Positions 28,565 through 38,717 of a DNA stretch of 64,000 nt are shown one piece after another. Both the position numbers and the translations under genes were made by a program. This stretch comes from a virus. The DNA lies in UHGV virus genome UHGV-1376088. One strand, 5' to 3'. The notes beneath the pieces were generated by a model, which saw only the letters and a list, made by a program, of their open reading frames with translations, searched no databases and was not told the origin of the DNA. The stretch's first letter is position 1. Every line of letters begins with the position of its first letter.

Positions 28565-29464
28565 ATGGACTTTATGAAGCTGCATAAATATAATCCTAAG
28601 AAAGACTATTCGAGATGGTATTTACAGGAAAAAGTTGATGGAGTGTTCGCAGCCATTGATGTTAATACTGGTATTGCTTATAGTCGAACTGGCAAACCTT
28701 TATTTATTCCTGAGGGCACAACATTAAGGTGCACCATGGATTATATTCGTATGTATTACTCAGTAAACAAGCAGCCGGCGAATACTTTTATTATTGCTGA
28801 AATTTTTTCTTTTGGTTTAACACTTGAACAGATGTCAGGATTGTTAAATCCGAATCGCAAAGAACCATGGGATAAAACTATCCTGACAGATTGGTCCGTT
28901 TATGCACATGACTTTGTAACACTGGTTGATGGTGTTGATAATACACCTTATAGTGAACGCTACAACAAGATTATTCGTATGCCTCAGAATTGTGTGGACT
29001 TGCGCCGTGTGTATAACATTGTATTGGAAAATGCTAAAGAGGCAGCTGCTGCAAAAATCGAAGAAGAATTTAACGATCTTATGTTGTTAAATTGTGAAGG
29101 CATTGTACTTAAAGATCCAAATGGCATCTATCGTATGGGTAAACGCGTCAATACGCAGGTTAAACGTGTTCGTGAGCATCTTGAAGATGTAAGAATCGAA
29201 CAGGTTAAATACGGTACTGGTAAACGTAATGGACAAATAGGCTCAATGTACTGTAGGTCTATTGATAATCCTGAAATAGCTTTTTGGGCAGACTTCGGAT
29301 TAAATTGGGATGACGCCAAAAGAATCGAATTGACCTCTAAATTCGAATTAGACAATAAGTCTCTTATTGGTACAATATGGACGGTTAAGGGATTGCAACA
29401 AAGTAGCACTGGTAAATCTATACGTTTGCCAAAATTAATGTATATGCGATTTGACAAGGAGTAG
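28565..29464 (+). CDS. lig: ATP-dependent DNA ligase (short T7-like nucleotidyltransferase)
   Basis: Motif I 'QEKVDGVFAAI' (KxDG), motif IV 'EGIVLKDPNGIY', motif V 'RMGKRVNTQVKRV'. Confidence 0.65.
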   Translation: MDFMKLHKYNPKKDYSRWYLQEKVDGVFAAIDVNTGIAYSRTGKPLFIPEGTTLRCTMDYIRMYYSVNKQPANTFIIAEIFSFGLTLEQMSGLLNPNRKEPWDKTILTDWSVYAHDFVTLVDGVDNTPYSERYNKIIRMPQNCVDLRRVYNIVLENAKEAAAAKIEEEFNDLMLLNCEGIVLKDPNGIYRMGKRVNTQVKRVREHLEDVRIEQVKYGTGKRNGQIGSMYCRSIDNPEIAFWADFGLNWDDAKRIELTSKFELDNKSLIGTIWTVKGLQQSSTGKSIRLPKLMYMRFDKE

Positions 29465-29467
29465 ATT

Positions 29468-30088
29468 ATGGCGAATTTGTTTGTAGATGCTAGTGGTAAA
29501 AAGCCGAAGTGCTACTGGGAAGGTTATTCCTGTCCAAAAGGTAAATGGTACAGCATTAAAACCGGCCCTGAACCCTTTTTTATATTCTTATTATTGTTTA
29601 AGCTTATAATTGGACTTTTGATATGGGCGCTTTTAGACGTAAGCTTATATATAATTGGCACTATTGTAATTATTGGTATGGCTGTCTCTTGTTTTACGTA
29701 TCACCATAGGGAAAGTTATACAATTTTACAAAAGTCCAAAAGCCTTGATGATATCCTGATTGATGATTCTCCAATTTATATTACTGTTTCTAAGAGCCTA
29801 AGGGCTATTTGTTTTATTATACCAGAAAAGAAATATATGTTTTTCAGGACTATTGGATATGGCGATGACAGGATTAATGTCACCTCTTCTATGTGGTATG
29901 TATATAAAAATAAAGAACCATATGAGATCCGTAGTAGGTATTTTGAAGATCCTATTAAAGATCTAAAATCAAAATTGAACTATAATTGCAATTTGCATTC
30001 TGTTATTAATTTGAATAGTTCTCAATTAAGTAGAGATAAAGTTTTGAAATGTTTGCAAGATCTCTCTTTTTTTATTTTTAATAAATAG
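29468..30088 (+). CDS. membrane protein
   Basis: Two TM helices near the N-terminus. Confidence 0.4.
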   Translation: MANLFVDASGKKPKCYWEGYSCPKGKWYSIKTGPEPFFIFLLLFKLIIGLLIWALLDVSLYIIGTIVIIGMAVSCFTYHHRESYTILQKSKSLDDILIDDSPIYITVSKSLRAICFIIPEKKYMFFRTIGYGDDRINVTSSMWYVYKNKEPYEIRSRYFEDPIKDLKSKLNYNCNLHSVINLNSSQLSRDKVLKCLQDLSFFIFNK

Positions 30089-30096
30089 GAGCTAAT

Positions 30097-30687
30097 ATGG
30101 CTTATACTGACTTTTTCCATATTAAGAAAGATAAAGATGGTGTTGAGCTTCGTTTTCTTAAGACGTGTATAGATACCGTTGATTGCGTTATAAACAATAA
30201 AACTGCTTCAAGGGGCGATGAACCTGGTCACTATTATGATGATAGACATGATGAAGCTCCTACAATAGATAAGCATTTTAATATAGAGGATGGCGACGTT
30301 GTATATGTCTCTAAAGAGTATAGAAGAGATAAGTATCTGTCTGATCAAAAGCTGCTGGATAATGTATCGATCTTAATTATTATCGTTTATAAGCCTGGCA
30401 AAAGCGCGGAAGTGATTTACTCTTGCAACTATTCACATTCCTTTATATTTAAAAAGGTTGTGCCTGAAAAGTTTTGCCTTTATAAAAACAGAGAAATGAT
30501 TCCATTGGATGAGTCTATGTTTAAAGCCGATATTCCTCATATTGAAAATGCTAAACTGTATATGGACCTCTTGTATGGCCGTGTTTATAGTGAAGGAATT
30601 TCCAGATATATGTGTGAATCGGTTTTAGAAAGAGCTGAAAAAATATATGATAAGCTTTTTCTGGAAATAAACGATAGCTGCATTTAA
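30097..30687 (+). CDS. hypothetical protein
   Basis: SD 'aggag'. Confidence 0.45.
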   Translation: MAYTDFFHIKKDKDGVELRFLKTCIDTVDCVINNKTASRGDEPGHYYDDRHDEAPTIDKHFNIEDGDVVYVSKEYRRDKYLSDQKLLDNVSILIIIVYKPGKSAEVIYSCNYSHSFIFKKVVPEKFCLYKNREMIPLDESMFKADIPHIENAKLYMDLLYGRVYSEGISRYMCESVLERAEKIYDKLFLEINDSCI

Positions 30688-30715
30688 ATTGTTGTTATAA
30701 TAAAAAGGAAAAGGA

Positions 30716-30937
30716 ATGACTCCAACGATTGTACTCCTGCTCAGTATTCCGATCTTTATATTGGCCTGCTTTATTATCCGTGTCAAAGATATTGATTTGC
30801 CAGGCCATGATAGAATAGATAATCTTCTCATTTTAATATTCCTATATGGAGTGTGTTTGATTTGGCCAATAAGTCTACCAGTAGTTATTATTGGATTAGT
30901 TGGCTTAGTAATTACAGGGAAGCATAAAGATTTATGA
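30716..30937 (+). CDS. small membrane protein
   Basis: Two TM helices; SD 'aaggaaaagga'. Confidence 0.4.
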   Translation: MTPTIVLLLSIPIFILACFIIRVKDIDLPGHDRIDNLLILIFLYGVCLIWPISLPVVIIGLVGLVITGKHKDL

Positions 30938-31098
30938 ATATCTATCGCGTATTAGCATTTCTTGCATATATCCTTGGAATTGGTTTTACTGGAATCTGGG
31001 TATTTAATCATGCTCCATATCCATTTTTAGGGATTCTAATTGCATTTGCAATTCCTGTACTTGTCATTAAATTTATTAAGGATATACCCAATGATTAA
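30934..31098 (+). CDS. small membrane protein (54 aa)
   Basis: ATGA-coupled; hydrophobic; overlaps the next start. Confidence 0.3.
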   Translation: MNIYRVLAFLAYILGIGFTGIWVFNHAPYPFLGILIAFAIPVLVIKFIKDIPND

Positions 31099-31876
31099 AA
31101 AGCTTTTTATTGCATTGTTTGCTTTGGTATCAATCGCAGCATGCTCTCGAGTTGAACCAAATCAGGCAGGCGTCTTGATGGAAAATTATGGACGCAATGG
31201 TAAATCAGACTTCACCATTGTTAGTGGCGTAATTTGGACGATTGCTCCCGGCACTGAATTGTATCAAGTTCCATTGTGGGAACAGCGTGGCAAGTTTGAA
31301 GAGGCCGTAACGCTGAAGGCATCAGACAATACGGATTTTGCCGCGACTCCTGTGTATACTTTCCGTGTTATGAAAGACCGCGCAGTCGATGTTGTGTTTG
31401 ACAACAAACAGCTTGGCTATGGTTCTGAATTTATCCAGTCTTTACAGGACAATATTCTTGAGCCTAAAATCCTCGACCTCATGAAAGAGGAAAGCCGCAA
31501 ATATACGACTGAAGAGCTAATGGCAAAAGGCGGAAGCTTGGCATTTGAACAAAAGGTCCAAGATGTTGTTAAATCAGAATTCAAAAATCGTGGTTTAGAA
31601 TTAATGACTTTTAGTTCACAATTGACATTCTCTAAATCTGTCACTGGGCGTATTGATAAACGAAATGAAGTTAATCAAAATATCGCTGTAATTGATCAAC
31701 AGATTGAAGAGCAGAAGAAACGTTTGGAACTGGCACGTCTTGAAGCCGAAACTAATAAGCTGAAATCAGAAGGTATTACTGAGAAACTTCTGCAACAACA
31801 GTTTATTGAAAAATGGGATGGTAAAACGCCTTTATACGGCACAACACCTGTTACATTATTTAAACAAACAAATTGA
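31091..31876 (+). CDS. lipoprotein (possible SPFH/band-7-like)
   Basis: MIKKLFIALFALVSIAACS with lipobox IAAC; C-terminal coiled coil EEQKKRLELARLEAETNKLK; the track ORF starts upstream at a non-lipoprotein M. Confidence 0.5.
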   Translation: MIKKLFIALFALVSIAACSRVEPNQAGVLMENYGRNGKSDFTIVSGVIWTIAPGTELYQVPLWEQRGKFEEAVTLKASDNTDFAATPVYTFRVMKDRAVDVVFDNKQLGYGSEFIQSLQDNILEPKILDLMKEESRKYTTEELMAKGGSLAFEQKVQDVVKSEFKNRGLELMTFSSQLTFSKSVTGRIDKRNEVNQNIAVIDQQIEEQKKRLELARLEAETNKLKSEGITEKLLQQQFIEKWDGKTPLYGTTPVTLFKQTN

Positions 31877-31886
31877 TGATAATAAG

Positions 31887-31918
31887 ACCGTCACGTTATA
31901 TACGTGGCGGTTATTTTC
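31887..31918 (+). terminator. rho-independent terminator
   Basis: ccgtcacgt-tata-tacgtggcgg hairpin followed by ttattttctt. Confidence 0.5.
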
Positions 31919-31947
31919 TTATATAAATTAGAATATCGGAGACATGT

Positions 31948-32532
31948 ATGAAATATGAAATTCATATAACAGTAGACTTGCCGTCTAAAGAAAAAATTAA
32001 AGAATTTGAAGACAAATGCAAAGAGCTCTATTGTAAGCCTTTGGTAATAGAATTGCCAAATGGAAATCATACTGTACAACCAATGCTGTCAAAAGTAATA
32101 GATTTTGACCTTATGGAAGATATGAAAATTTATGTAAGAGGATTGAATAATGCATTGAAAGATTCTGGCTTTAAAGTGTCCAGAAGTAAAATTGAAATTC
32201 CATTATTTGAATTTAATGCCTTAAGAGAAGACTACCCTCTATTTGAACATAAATATTTTGAATATCATACCAAGGTTAGATTCAGTGATACCGATATCAA
32301 AGAGCTTGAGGATTACTGCAAGAGTAAGGATTCACATTTGTCTAGGAATTCTTTAAGAGGCGAAGAAAATGTTAGATTCGTAACAGTTAGAAGTTATTCT
32401 GATATTGATAATTTTCTTGGTAAGGTAGATTCTTTAATTAAGGATATGCCGGCTAAATTTAAAATTATTAAACATCAGTTTGAATGCTGCATCTTTGATA
32501 ATAATATAGACTTAGATAAAGGATGGATTTGA
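31948..32532 (+). CDS. hypothetical protein
   Basis: SD 'ggag'. Confidence 0.45.
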   Translation: MKYEIHITVDLPSKEKIKEFEDKCKELYCKPLVIELPNGNHTVQPMLSKVIDFDLMEDMKIYVRGLNNALKDSGFKVSRSKIEIPLFEFNALREDYPLFEHKYFEYHTKVRFSDTDIKELEDYCKSKDSHLSRNSLRGEENVRFVTVRSYSDIDNFLGKVDSLIKDMPAKFKIIKHQFECCIFDNNIDLDKGWI

Positions 32533-32533
32533 T

Positions 32534-32992
32534 ATGCCTAAGCTTACAATTACAGTTGGCGTCTCTGCTTCTGGTAAAACAACCTGGGTAAAAAGTTTAG
32601 ACGAAGTAGAATTTTTCAATACAGTAAATATCAATAAAGACGATATTAGGTTTAATATCATTAAGCCCGGCGCAAATTGGAAGACATATAATCCAAGGGG
32701 AAATGAAACGAAAGTTACCCAGCTCCAAGTTGCACTTGTAGAATCTGCTGTCTCATCTAGAGAAAATATTATTATTTCTGATACAAATCTTAATCCAAAA
32801 GTTCGTAGCTTCTGGAAAGATTTTGCCCGTAAGAATTACTATGACTTTGAAATCAAAGAGTTCTCAATCTCTTTAGAAGAGGCGATTAAAAGAGACGCAA
32901 ATAGAGAAAATAGCGTAGGCGAAGAAGCCATTAAGAAACAATATCAATTATGGCTCCATTATTTAGAAACCAAAGAATCTAAGGAAATGTGA
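32534..32992 (+). CDS. pnk: polynucleotide 5'-kinase (T4 Pnk kinase-domain homolog, no phosphatase domain)
   Basis: 'LTITVGVSASGKTTWV' ~ T4 Pnk 'LTIGCPGSGKSTWA'; 'INKDDIRF' ~ 'INRDDYR'; 'IISDTNLNPKVR' ~ 'IISDTNLNPERR'. Confidence 0.75.
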   Translation: MPKLTITVGVSASGKTTWVKSLDEVEFFNTVNINKDDIRFNIIKPGANWKTYNPRGNETKVTQLQVALVESAVSSRENIIISDTNLNPKVRSFWKDFARKNYYDFEIKEFSISLEEAIKRDANRENSVGEEAIKKQYQLWLHYLETKESKEM

Positions 32993-32993
32993 T

Positions 32994-34040
32994 ATGGGCG
33001 GAAACCTATTTAAAACAGAAAGAATGAGCAGACAGGAGCATCAAGAGGTCTGTTTATTTATTTCAGGAATTTTGAAAAATTTAAATTATGCATTTCCTGC
33101 ATCTTTCTTGGATAAAGAAGATTTTGGGGATGTAGATATTATTGTTAGCAGCACGGATGCTGCAAAATCTCTTTTCTATGAATCTGGATGTGTAACTAAA
33201 ATCGATGGAACTTCATTGCTTATTAATTGCAAAGGCAAGCCTGTCCAGGTTGACTTAATCGAAAGCTCCAATGTGCCATATTCAACTATGTACTATTCAT
33301 ACGGAATGTTTGGTGCAATGGTTGGAAAACTTTTTAAATCTCAGGGATTCAAGCTGAGAGAAGACGGCCTATGTTATATTTATAACGGCAATGAAGTACT
33401 TGTTACTTCTGATTGGCAGCGGATTCTTTATGTAATTGGAATTCATAAATCTCAATTTTCAAGAGAAGAAGAGGCATTTCGGGCCATTGTTAAGTCTTTG
33501 TTTTTTGCCAAAAGAATCTTTACTGATCTACCACAAAAGAAACTTGAAAAGGCAATGAAGCGCCCAATGTATTCTAGATTTCTTGAGTATATTAAAGACG
33601 CTCGTGATATTACTCCTACTACTGATATATTAAACCACTTTTATGCCGATAAAGATTTTATTCGCAGATTGCAATGTGAAGATATAACAGCTAAGGCTAA
33701 TTCTGCATTGAGCTCATTGATAAAGACACATTATCCTTATGAAGACTTTAAAGCAAGATGTCCAGATTTAACCCCAAGAGAAGTGGCTAGAGAGTACAAT
33801 CTTCTCAAAGGATATCTTCGCTCAACACTTATGTCTTATTTTAATGATAGAAGTTCACAAATTCAAAGACCATTAAGTGATAGTCGAGAGCTTGATATGC
33901 ATATTTTCTATTTTGGATATAAAGCTGACGGCGTTGATTTTAAATATTTACCACTTGATAATCTAATAAAATTTCAAGGCATTCAACAATGTCGAGTTTA
34001 CCAAGAGCGTTATATGAGCAACGAAGATAAGGATCAATAA
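32994..34040 (+). CDS. hypothetical protein (possible nucleotidyltransferase-fold)
   Basis: 'FGDVDIIV' is weakly Pol-beta-NTase-like; otherwise unknown. Confidence 0.4.
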   Translation: MGGNLFKTERMSRQEHQEVCLFISGILKNLNYAFPASFLDKEDFGDVDIIVSSTDAAKSLFYESGCVTKIDGTSLLINCKGKPVQVDLIESSNVPYSTMYYSYGMFGAMVGKLFKSQGFKLREDGLCYIYNGNEVLVTSDWQRILYVIGIHKSQFSREEEAFRAIVKSLFFAKRIFTDLPQKKLEKAMKRPMYSRFLEYIKDARDITPTTDILNHFYADKDFIRRLQCEDITAKANSALSSLIKTHYPYEDFKARCPDLTPREVAREYNLLKGYLRSTLMSYFNDRSSQIQRPLSDSRELDMHIFYFGYKADGVDFKYLPLDNLIKFQGIQQCRVYQERYMSNEDKDQ

Positions 34041-34041
34041 G

Positions 34042-34458
34042 ATGGCGAGACATAAACATGCAGATTTAATGAAGCAGTATGCTGAAGACGCTTCAAAACA
34101 TGAATTCCCATATATATTTTGGCAATGCAAGGTTATTGATAGATGGCATGATTTGACAAAGCATCCTGAATGGGATTACAACACAGAATACCGTCGTAAA
34201 CCATTGGAGCAAAACGAATTGATTAGTGTCAGTGTAAAATTTATGAAGCCATTGACTGCGTCTGATCTTGAATTTATGGATCCTGACACAACTGTTTATT
34301 ATACTGGCTTTGGCCCTCGTGGCCGTTTTTATGCTGATAGCATGAAAATAAAAGATGTTAGCGAAAAATCAACATTCGTATATCATGCGACAGAATGGAA
34401 TGCGATAGAACACATTAGGGCTTTAAATAAAGTTTATTTTGGAGAACAAAATGATTAG
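34042..34458 (+). CDS. hypothetical protein
   Basis: ORF. Confidence 0.4.
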   Translation: MARHKHADLMKQYAEDASKHEFPYIFWQCKVIDRWHDLTKHPEWDYNTEYRRKPLEQNELISVSVKFMKPLTASDLEFMDPDTTVYYTGFGPRGRFYADSMKIKDVSEKSTFVYHATEWNAIEHIRALNKVYFGEQND

Positions 34459-34747
34459 TGCAAAAGAAGCATACGATATATCCTCACCAAATTTGGACAA
34501 ATATAAAGCATTCATCGAAAAACGTATTCGTGAAGCTGCAAATGTTGGTAAATTGAAAGTTGAAATTCGTGAAGATCCATATAGTATGTGGTTGTATGAC
34601 GAACAAAAATTGCCTAAACGAGACATGGATGGATTCAGAGTTGTAAAAGAATTGCGAGAATTAGGTTATAAAGTAAGTCAATATTATAATAGTAGTTCGT
34701 ATTTTGTTGATGTAGCTTTGGTTATCAGTTGGGATAAGGACAGCTAA
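34451..34747 (+). CDS. hypothetical protein
   Basis: ATG with SD 'ggag' (the track start 34439 is a TTG). Confidence 0.4.
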   Translation: MISAKEAYDISSPNLDKYKAFIEKRIREAANVGKLKVEIREDPYSMWLYDEQKLPKRDMDGFRVVKELRELGYKVSQYYNSSSYFVDVALVISWDKDS

Positions 34748-35614
34748 ATGAAACAGTATTTAGAATTAGTTAATGATGTTCTTGAAAATGGGACACCTAA
34801 ACCAAATCGTACGGAAATCCCTACACCATACACTGTATTTGGACGTCAGATTCGATTTGATTTGTCTGAAGGCCTACCAGTATTAACAACTAAAAAGATG
34901 GCTATTAAAGCTTGTGTAGCCGAACTGCTATGGTTTATTGAAGGCGGCACAGATGAACGTAGGCTTGCTGAAATTCAATATGGTAAGGATCGGTCAAGAT
35001 TGAAAGATAAACGAACCATTTGGTCTGATAACTATGAAGCATGGAGAGGCAAAAAAGTTAGTGAAGTTGATTATGGTTATCTTGGTTGCATTTATGGTGC
35101 TCAATGGAGAGAATTTGAAATCTCAGATTGGGGCGAGATTGCCGAATTCGATCAGTTAAAATGGCTGATTAATGAATTAAAGATAAATCCAAATAGCCGG
35201 AAGATGATTATGCTTTCTTATAGTCCGGCGCAAATTGAAGACGCAGCACTGACAGCTTGTCATACACAAGTTCAATTCCAAGTACAAAATGGTAAATTGA
35301 ATTGTATGTGGACACAAGCAAGTGTTGATTTATTTCTCGGTTTACCATTTAACATTATGTCCTACGCGATTTTGACCCATATGCTTGCCAAAGAAGCCGG
35401 CTTGGAAGTTGGCGAGCTTATTGGTTCATTGGGTGATGTGCATATCTATGAGAATGCTGTTGACAATTTAAAAGAACAATTGTCGCGCGAACCATTGCCA
35501 TTACCCAAATTGTGGTTAAATCCTGAGAAAAATATTTTCTCTTACACTGTTGACGATGTGAAGCTAATTGACTATCAGAGTCATGATGCACTTAAAGCGA
35601 AGATGGCCGTTTGA
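34748..35614 (+). CDS. thyA: thymidylate synthase
   Basis: 'LLWFIEGGT', 'CIYGAQWR', 'PAQIED...LTACHTQVQFQV', 'FLGLPFNIMSYAILTHM' are canonical ThyA motifs. Confidence 0.9.
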   Translation: MKQYLELVNDVLENGTPKPNRTEIPTPYTVFGRQIRFDLSEGLPVLTTKKMAIKACVAELLWFIEGGTDERRLAEIQYGKDRSRLKDKRTIWSDNYEAWRGKKVSEVDYGYLGCIYGAQWREFEISDWGEIAEFDQLKWLINELKINPNSRKMIMLSYSPAQIEDAALTACHTQVQFQVQNGKLNCMWTQASVDLFLGLPFNIMSYAILTHMLAKEAGLEVGELIGSLGDVHIYENAVDNLKEQLSREPLPLPKLWLNPEKNIFSYTVDDVKLIDYQSHDALKAKMAV

Positions 35615-35615
35615 C

Positions 35616-35975
35616 ATGAACATAAGGGAATTCGCTAATTCTAATGGTCTTTCAACCAAAGATATATCTGACGGCTATCATACTTTTGGTGAGCTTTATG
35701 AGCATAGAAGAATATTGTTTTCAATTATATGTCATAACAATAGAGAATTGGCCTGGAAGTCATGGAAGCACAGTGATGGTACGATGTTTGACGATTCATT
35801 CATTGTTGGTATAGAAACGCCAGAAGGCCAATATACTTATCATTATAATTCAGAGTTTTGGAATGAGTTTGATGTAAAAGAACTTAAAAATGCTCCTGAA
35901 TATGATGGCCATAAGCCAAAGGACATTAAGAGATTATTGTCCCTACCTTCAATTTTAGAAAAGGAAAAGAAATGA
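35616..35975 (+). CDS. hypothetical protein
   Basis: ATG 1 nt after the thyA stop; the track's longer ORF starts inside thyA. Confidence 0.4.
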   Translation: MNIREFANSNGLSTKDISDGYHTFGELYEHRRILFSIICHNNRELAWKSWKHSDGTMFDDSFIVGIETPEGQYTYHYNSEFWNEFDVKELKNAPEYDGHKPKDIKRLLSLPSILEKEKK

Positions 35976-36121
35976 AAAGTTTGATTTCAAAGCGCAAGGA
36001 AAAACCGGTATCTGTTAAGGCTCTTTCTATTAAAACCCTTAAGGAAATGTTGCCGAATTTGGCTCCTAAATATCGTATTAAAGCCGAAAAAGAATTGCGT
36101 CTTCGTGGTGTTGAAATTTAA
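35972..36121 (+). CDS. small basic protein (49 aa)
   Basis: ATGA overlap; below the track cut-off. Confidence 0.3.
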   Translation: MKSLISKRKEKPVSVKALSIKTLKEMLPNLAPKYRIKAEKELRLRGVEI

Positions 36122-36170
36122 AACAATCTAAGTGTTGCTAATTGAGTTTAGCCATTTATATTGAAAAATA

Positions 36171-36205
36171 GCCGGCATATGTTTTCATATGTCGGTTCTC
36201 TTTTA
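36171..36205 (+). terminator. rho-independent terminator
   Basis: ccggcatatg-tttt-catatgtcgg hairpin followed by ttctcttttatt. Confidence 0.5.
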
Positions 36206-36239
36206 TTAAAATAAGAATAATAATAATAAGGACAAATTA

Positions 36240-37463
36240 ATGTCTTCTAAATACGATTTTGAGAAATTACTGACGGTTGCGACAACTGATGCGCAACGCG
36301 AAAAACTTGAAGCGATTATTGAAACTGGTAGCGTTCGTAAAGCTGCTAGAAAACTCGGTATTTCCACCGGCACAATTGGAAATGTATTAACCTTTTTGAG
36401 TGAGAGACTAGCAAATAGTGTCGCAGTTGAGCAAAGAATTCCTGAAGATACAACTGACACCTCTGCTGTTCTCACTCTTCCTGTATCCAATGCAGAATCA
36501 GGGATTGTAGAAGAGCCAGCTAAATTATCTGTTGGCGACAGTACTTCAACCCTGTATGACTCTAAAGGCAATATTAAATTGCAATGGGTGAAGAAAGACG
36601 GCAAGAATAATGCTATTGCTGAAACAATCTATCGGGCTATGGAATCCTTTAAGGATATCATTCAGCCTGCACCATTTAATATGGCGCCAAGAGGCATTAG
36701 TGGCGAGGGGTTATTGGCTCAATATACAATCACAGATTACCATTTGGGTATGTTTGCATCTAAAGATGAATCTGGTCAAGAGTGGTCTACTAAAATTGCA
36801 ACAGAAAAAATTTATCGTGTGATTGATTCTATGGTTGAAGCGACTCCTCATACTGAGCACGCGATTATTAATATTCTTGGCGATTTCCTTCATAGTGATT
36901 CACAGCTTGCTGTTACACCTGCTTCTCGACATATTCTTGATCAGGACTCCCGCTATTCTGATTTAATTTCTATTGCAGTTAGAATCATTGCTTACTTTGT
37001 TCAACGTGCTCGCACTAAAGCAACGAATGTAACCTTGCTGATTGCACAGGGCAACCATGACCCTATTGGCTCTTTATGGCTGCAAGAGCTGTTTTCATAT
37101 TATTTTGAAAACGATCAAAATATCGCCGTAATTAAAAGTTCTTATCCATTCTATGCAATTGAATTTGGCAAAACAATGCTTGCCTATCATCATGGTGATA
37201 AAGTTCAATTTGCTAAAATGGCTGGCGTTATTCCATCCCTATTCCCTGAAATTTGGGGACGTACAAAATTCCGTTATGCACATATGGGCGATAAACATCA
37301 TCGTCGTGTAGTTGAAAGCCTCGGCATTATTGTTGAACAACACCAAACCTTAATTCCAAATGACGCTTATAGTAGCTCTCACGGTTGGACATCAGAATCT
37401 GGTACTAATGTTATCATCTATTCTCGTGAAACCGGTGAATTAAGTAGAATGACTTTTAGATAA
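36240..37463 (+). CDS. HTH domain + calcineurin-like metallophosphoesterase
   Basis: N-terminal HTH 'SVRKAARKLGISTGTIGNVL'; phosphoesterase motifs 'ILGDFLHSD', 'AQGNHDP', 'YHHGDK'. Confidence 0.5.
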   Translation: MSSKYDFEKLLTVATTDAQREKLEAIIETGSVRKAARKLGISTGTIGNVLTFLSERLANSVAVEQRIPEDTTDTSAVLTLPVSNAESGIVEEPAKLSVGDSTSTLYDSKGNIKLQWVKKDGKNNAIAETIYRAMESFKDIIQPAPFNMAPRGISGEGLLAQYTITDYHLGMFASKDESGQEWSTKIATEKIYRVIDSMVEATPHTEHAIINILGDFLHSDSQLAVTPASRHILDQDSRYSDLISIAVRIIAYFVQRARTKATNVTLLIAQGNHDPIGSLWLQELFSYYFENDQNIAVIKSSYPFYAIEFGKTMLAYHHGDKVQFAKMAGVIPSLFPEIWGRTKFRYAHMGDKHHRRVVESLGIIVEQHQTLIPNDAYSSSHGWTSESGTNVIIYSRETGELSRMTFR

Positions 37464-37474
37464 GGCAGACAAAT

Positions 37475-37672
37475 ATGGACGTACTAACAACTCCTGAAGT
37501 CTATTGCTATGATGCCAAAGAAGTTCCACCTCCAAAAAACAAAGTGGTATGGGTTGTAAGTAAATTTGGAGTTGGCCGAAAAGACGTGTTCTGCGAAGGA
37601 TTTGATGTCGCCTGGTATCCGCTTCCAAAAGTTCCATTGAGTGCAAAAATGCGTGGACTCGAAATGAGATAA
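37475..37672 (+). CDS. small hypothetical protein
   Basis: SD 'aagg'. Confidence 0.35.
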   Translation: MDVLTTPEVYCYDAKEVPPPKNKVVWVVSKFGVGRKDVFCEGFDVAWYPLPKVPLSAKMRGLEMR

Positions 37673-37803
37673 TATGCAATTTTAATTGCAGGGCAAAATA
37701 ACAAAGATCTGCATCTTTTGTAGCATACCCATTTATGTTATCTTTGCCCATCTTTAATTTATCGCTTTAAAACAATATTAAACATTTAAAGGATTTGATA
37801 CTT

Positions 37804-38283
37804 ATGAAAAAAAGACCAAATATGTGGGTTAAAGCGAACATTTCCTCTGGAAATACCTCTTTTATAAATAAAGTCTCTTACGGAAATCCGGATCTATTTT
37901 TAAAAAAGATTTTGAAAATGAGATATGCAGACTTTAATTGGACAGATGGCGATCAACTTTTCCCGAATTGTATTAATGTAAGGAAGATAGGAAATTCATT
38001 TAGAATTTTATTGCCATATGATCTAAATGGAAACCTATTTGATGATTCCATCATTGAGTTGATAAAGCTGAGATTTGATACAATCGATTATTCTGAATTG
38101 ACTAGTAATGGAAAGTCAAGGGTCAAATTTCTGTTTTTCGTTATAAAGAGTCTGCACGATTTTTTAAAACAGGGCAAAATTGATGAAGCCTTTAATTTAT
38201 TCTCGATGATATTTGACAATTATGCGTATTGGCATAATATCGCGGAATCCGGCATGATTTCGTTAAATGAATATGGACAATAA
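37804..38283 (+). CDS. hypothetical protein
   Basis: ATG with SD 'aagga' (the track start is a TTG). Confidence 0.4.
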   Translation: MKKRPNMWVKANISSGNTSFINKVSYGNPDLFLKKILKMRYADFNWTDGDQLFPNCINVRKIGNSFRILLPYDLNGNLFDDSIIELIKLRFDTIDYSELTSNGKSRVKFLFFVIKSLHDFLKQGKIDEAFNLFSMIFDNYAYWHNIAESGMISLNEYGQ

Positions 38284-38288
38284 AAACA

Positions 38289-38717
38289 ATGAAGTTGTTA
38301 AATTTTAAAAGCAAAAATTCTTTGTTTACATTTATCTTTAAAGATCAAAGGGTCTTTAAAGTAGAGTCTCTTCTTTGGGACGATAGATTTAAGACGATTG
38401 AAGTCAATTCTTTCGGTGCGAATTTGAATATACCCGAAATGATAAAGCCTTCTATTCCTGTCATAATGAATTTAGTTGGTGTAAAAAATGGCCAGGAAAT
38501 TATTCTCCATTCTATTAGATGTGATATTTTATTGACGGAGAACTTCGAAGTTAATACCTATGGTCTTACTGTTGCTATAAACAATATGATGAATCTGGTT
38601 CAAAATGTCACCATGTATTCTTATATGTCAGGACGTAAGGTAAATGAAGATTCCTATTTTATAAAAATTGAATCTCCTGTTGATCTATCAAATTGGATTC
38701 AATACAGACTTCATTGA
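38289..38717 (+). CDS. hypothetical protein
   Basis: ORF. Confidence 0.4.
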   Translation: MKLLNFKSKNSLFTFIFKDQRVFKVESLLWDDRFKTIEVNSFGANLNIPEMIKPSIPVIMNLVGVKNGQEIILHSIRCDILLTENFEVNTYGLTVAINNMMNLVQNVTMYSYMSGRKVNEDSYFIKIESPVDLSNWIQYRLH

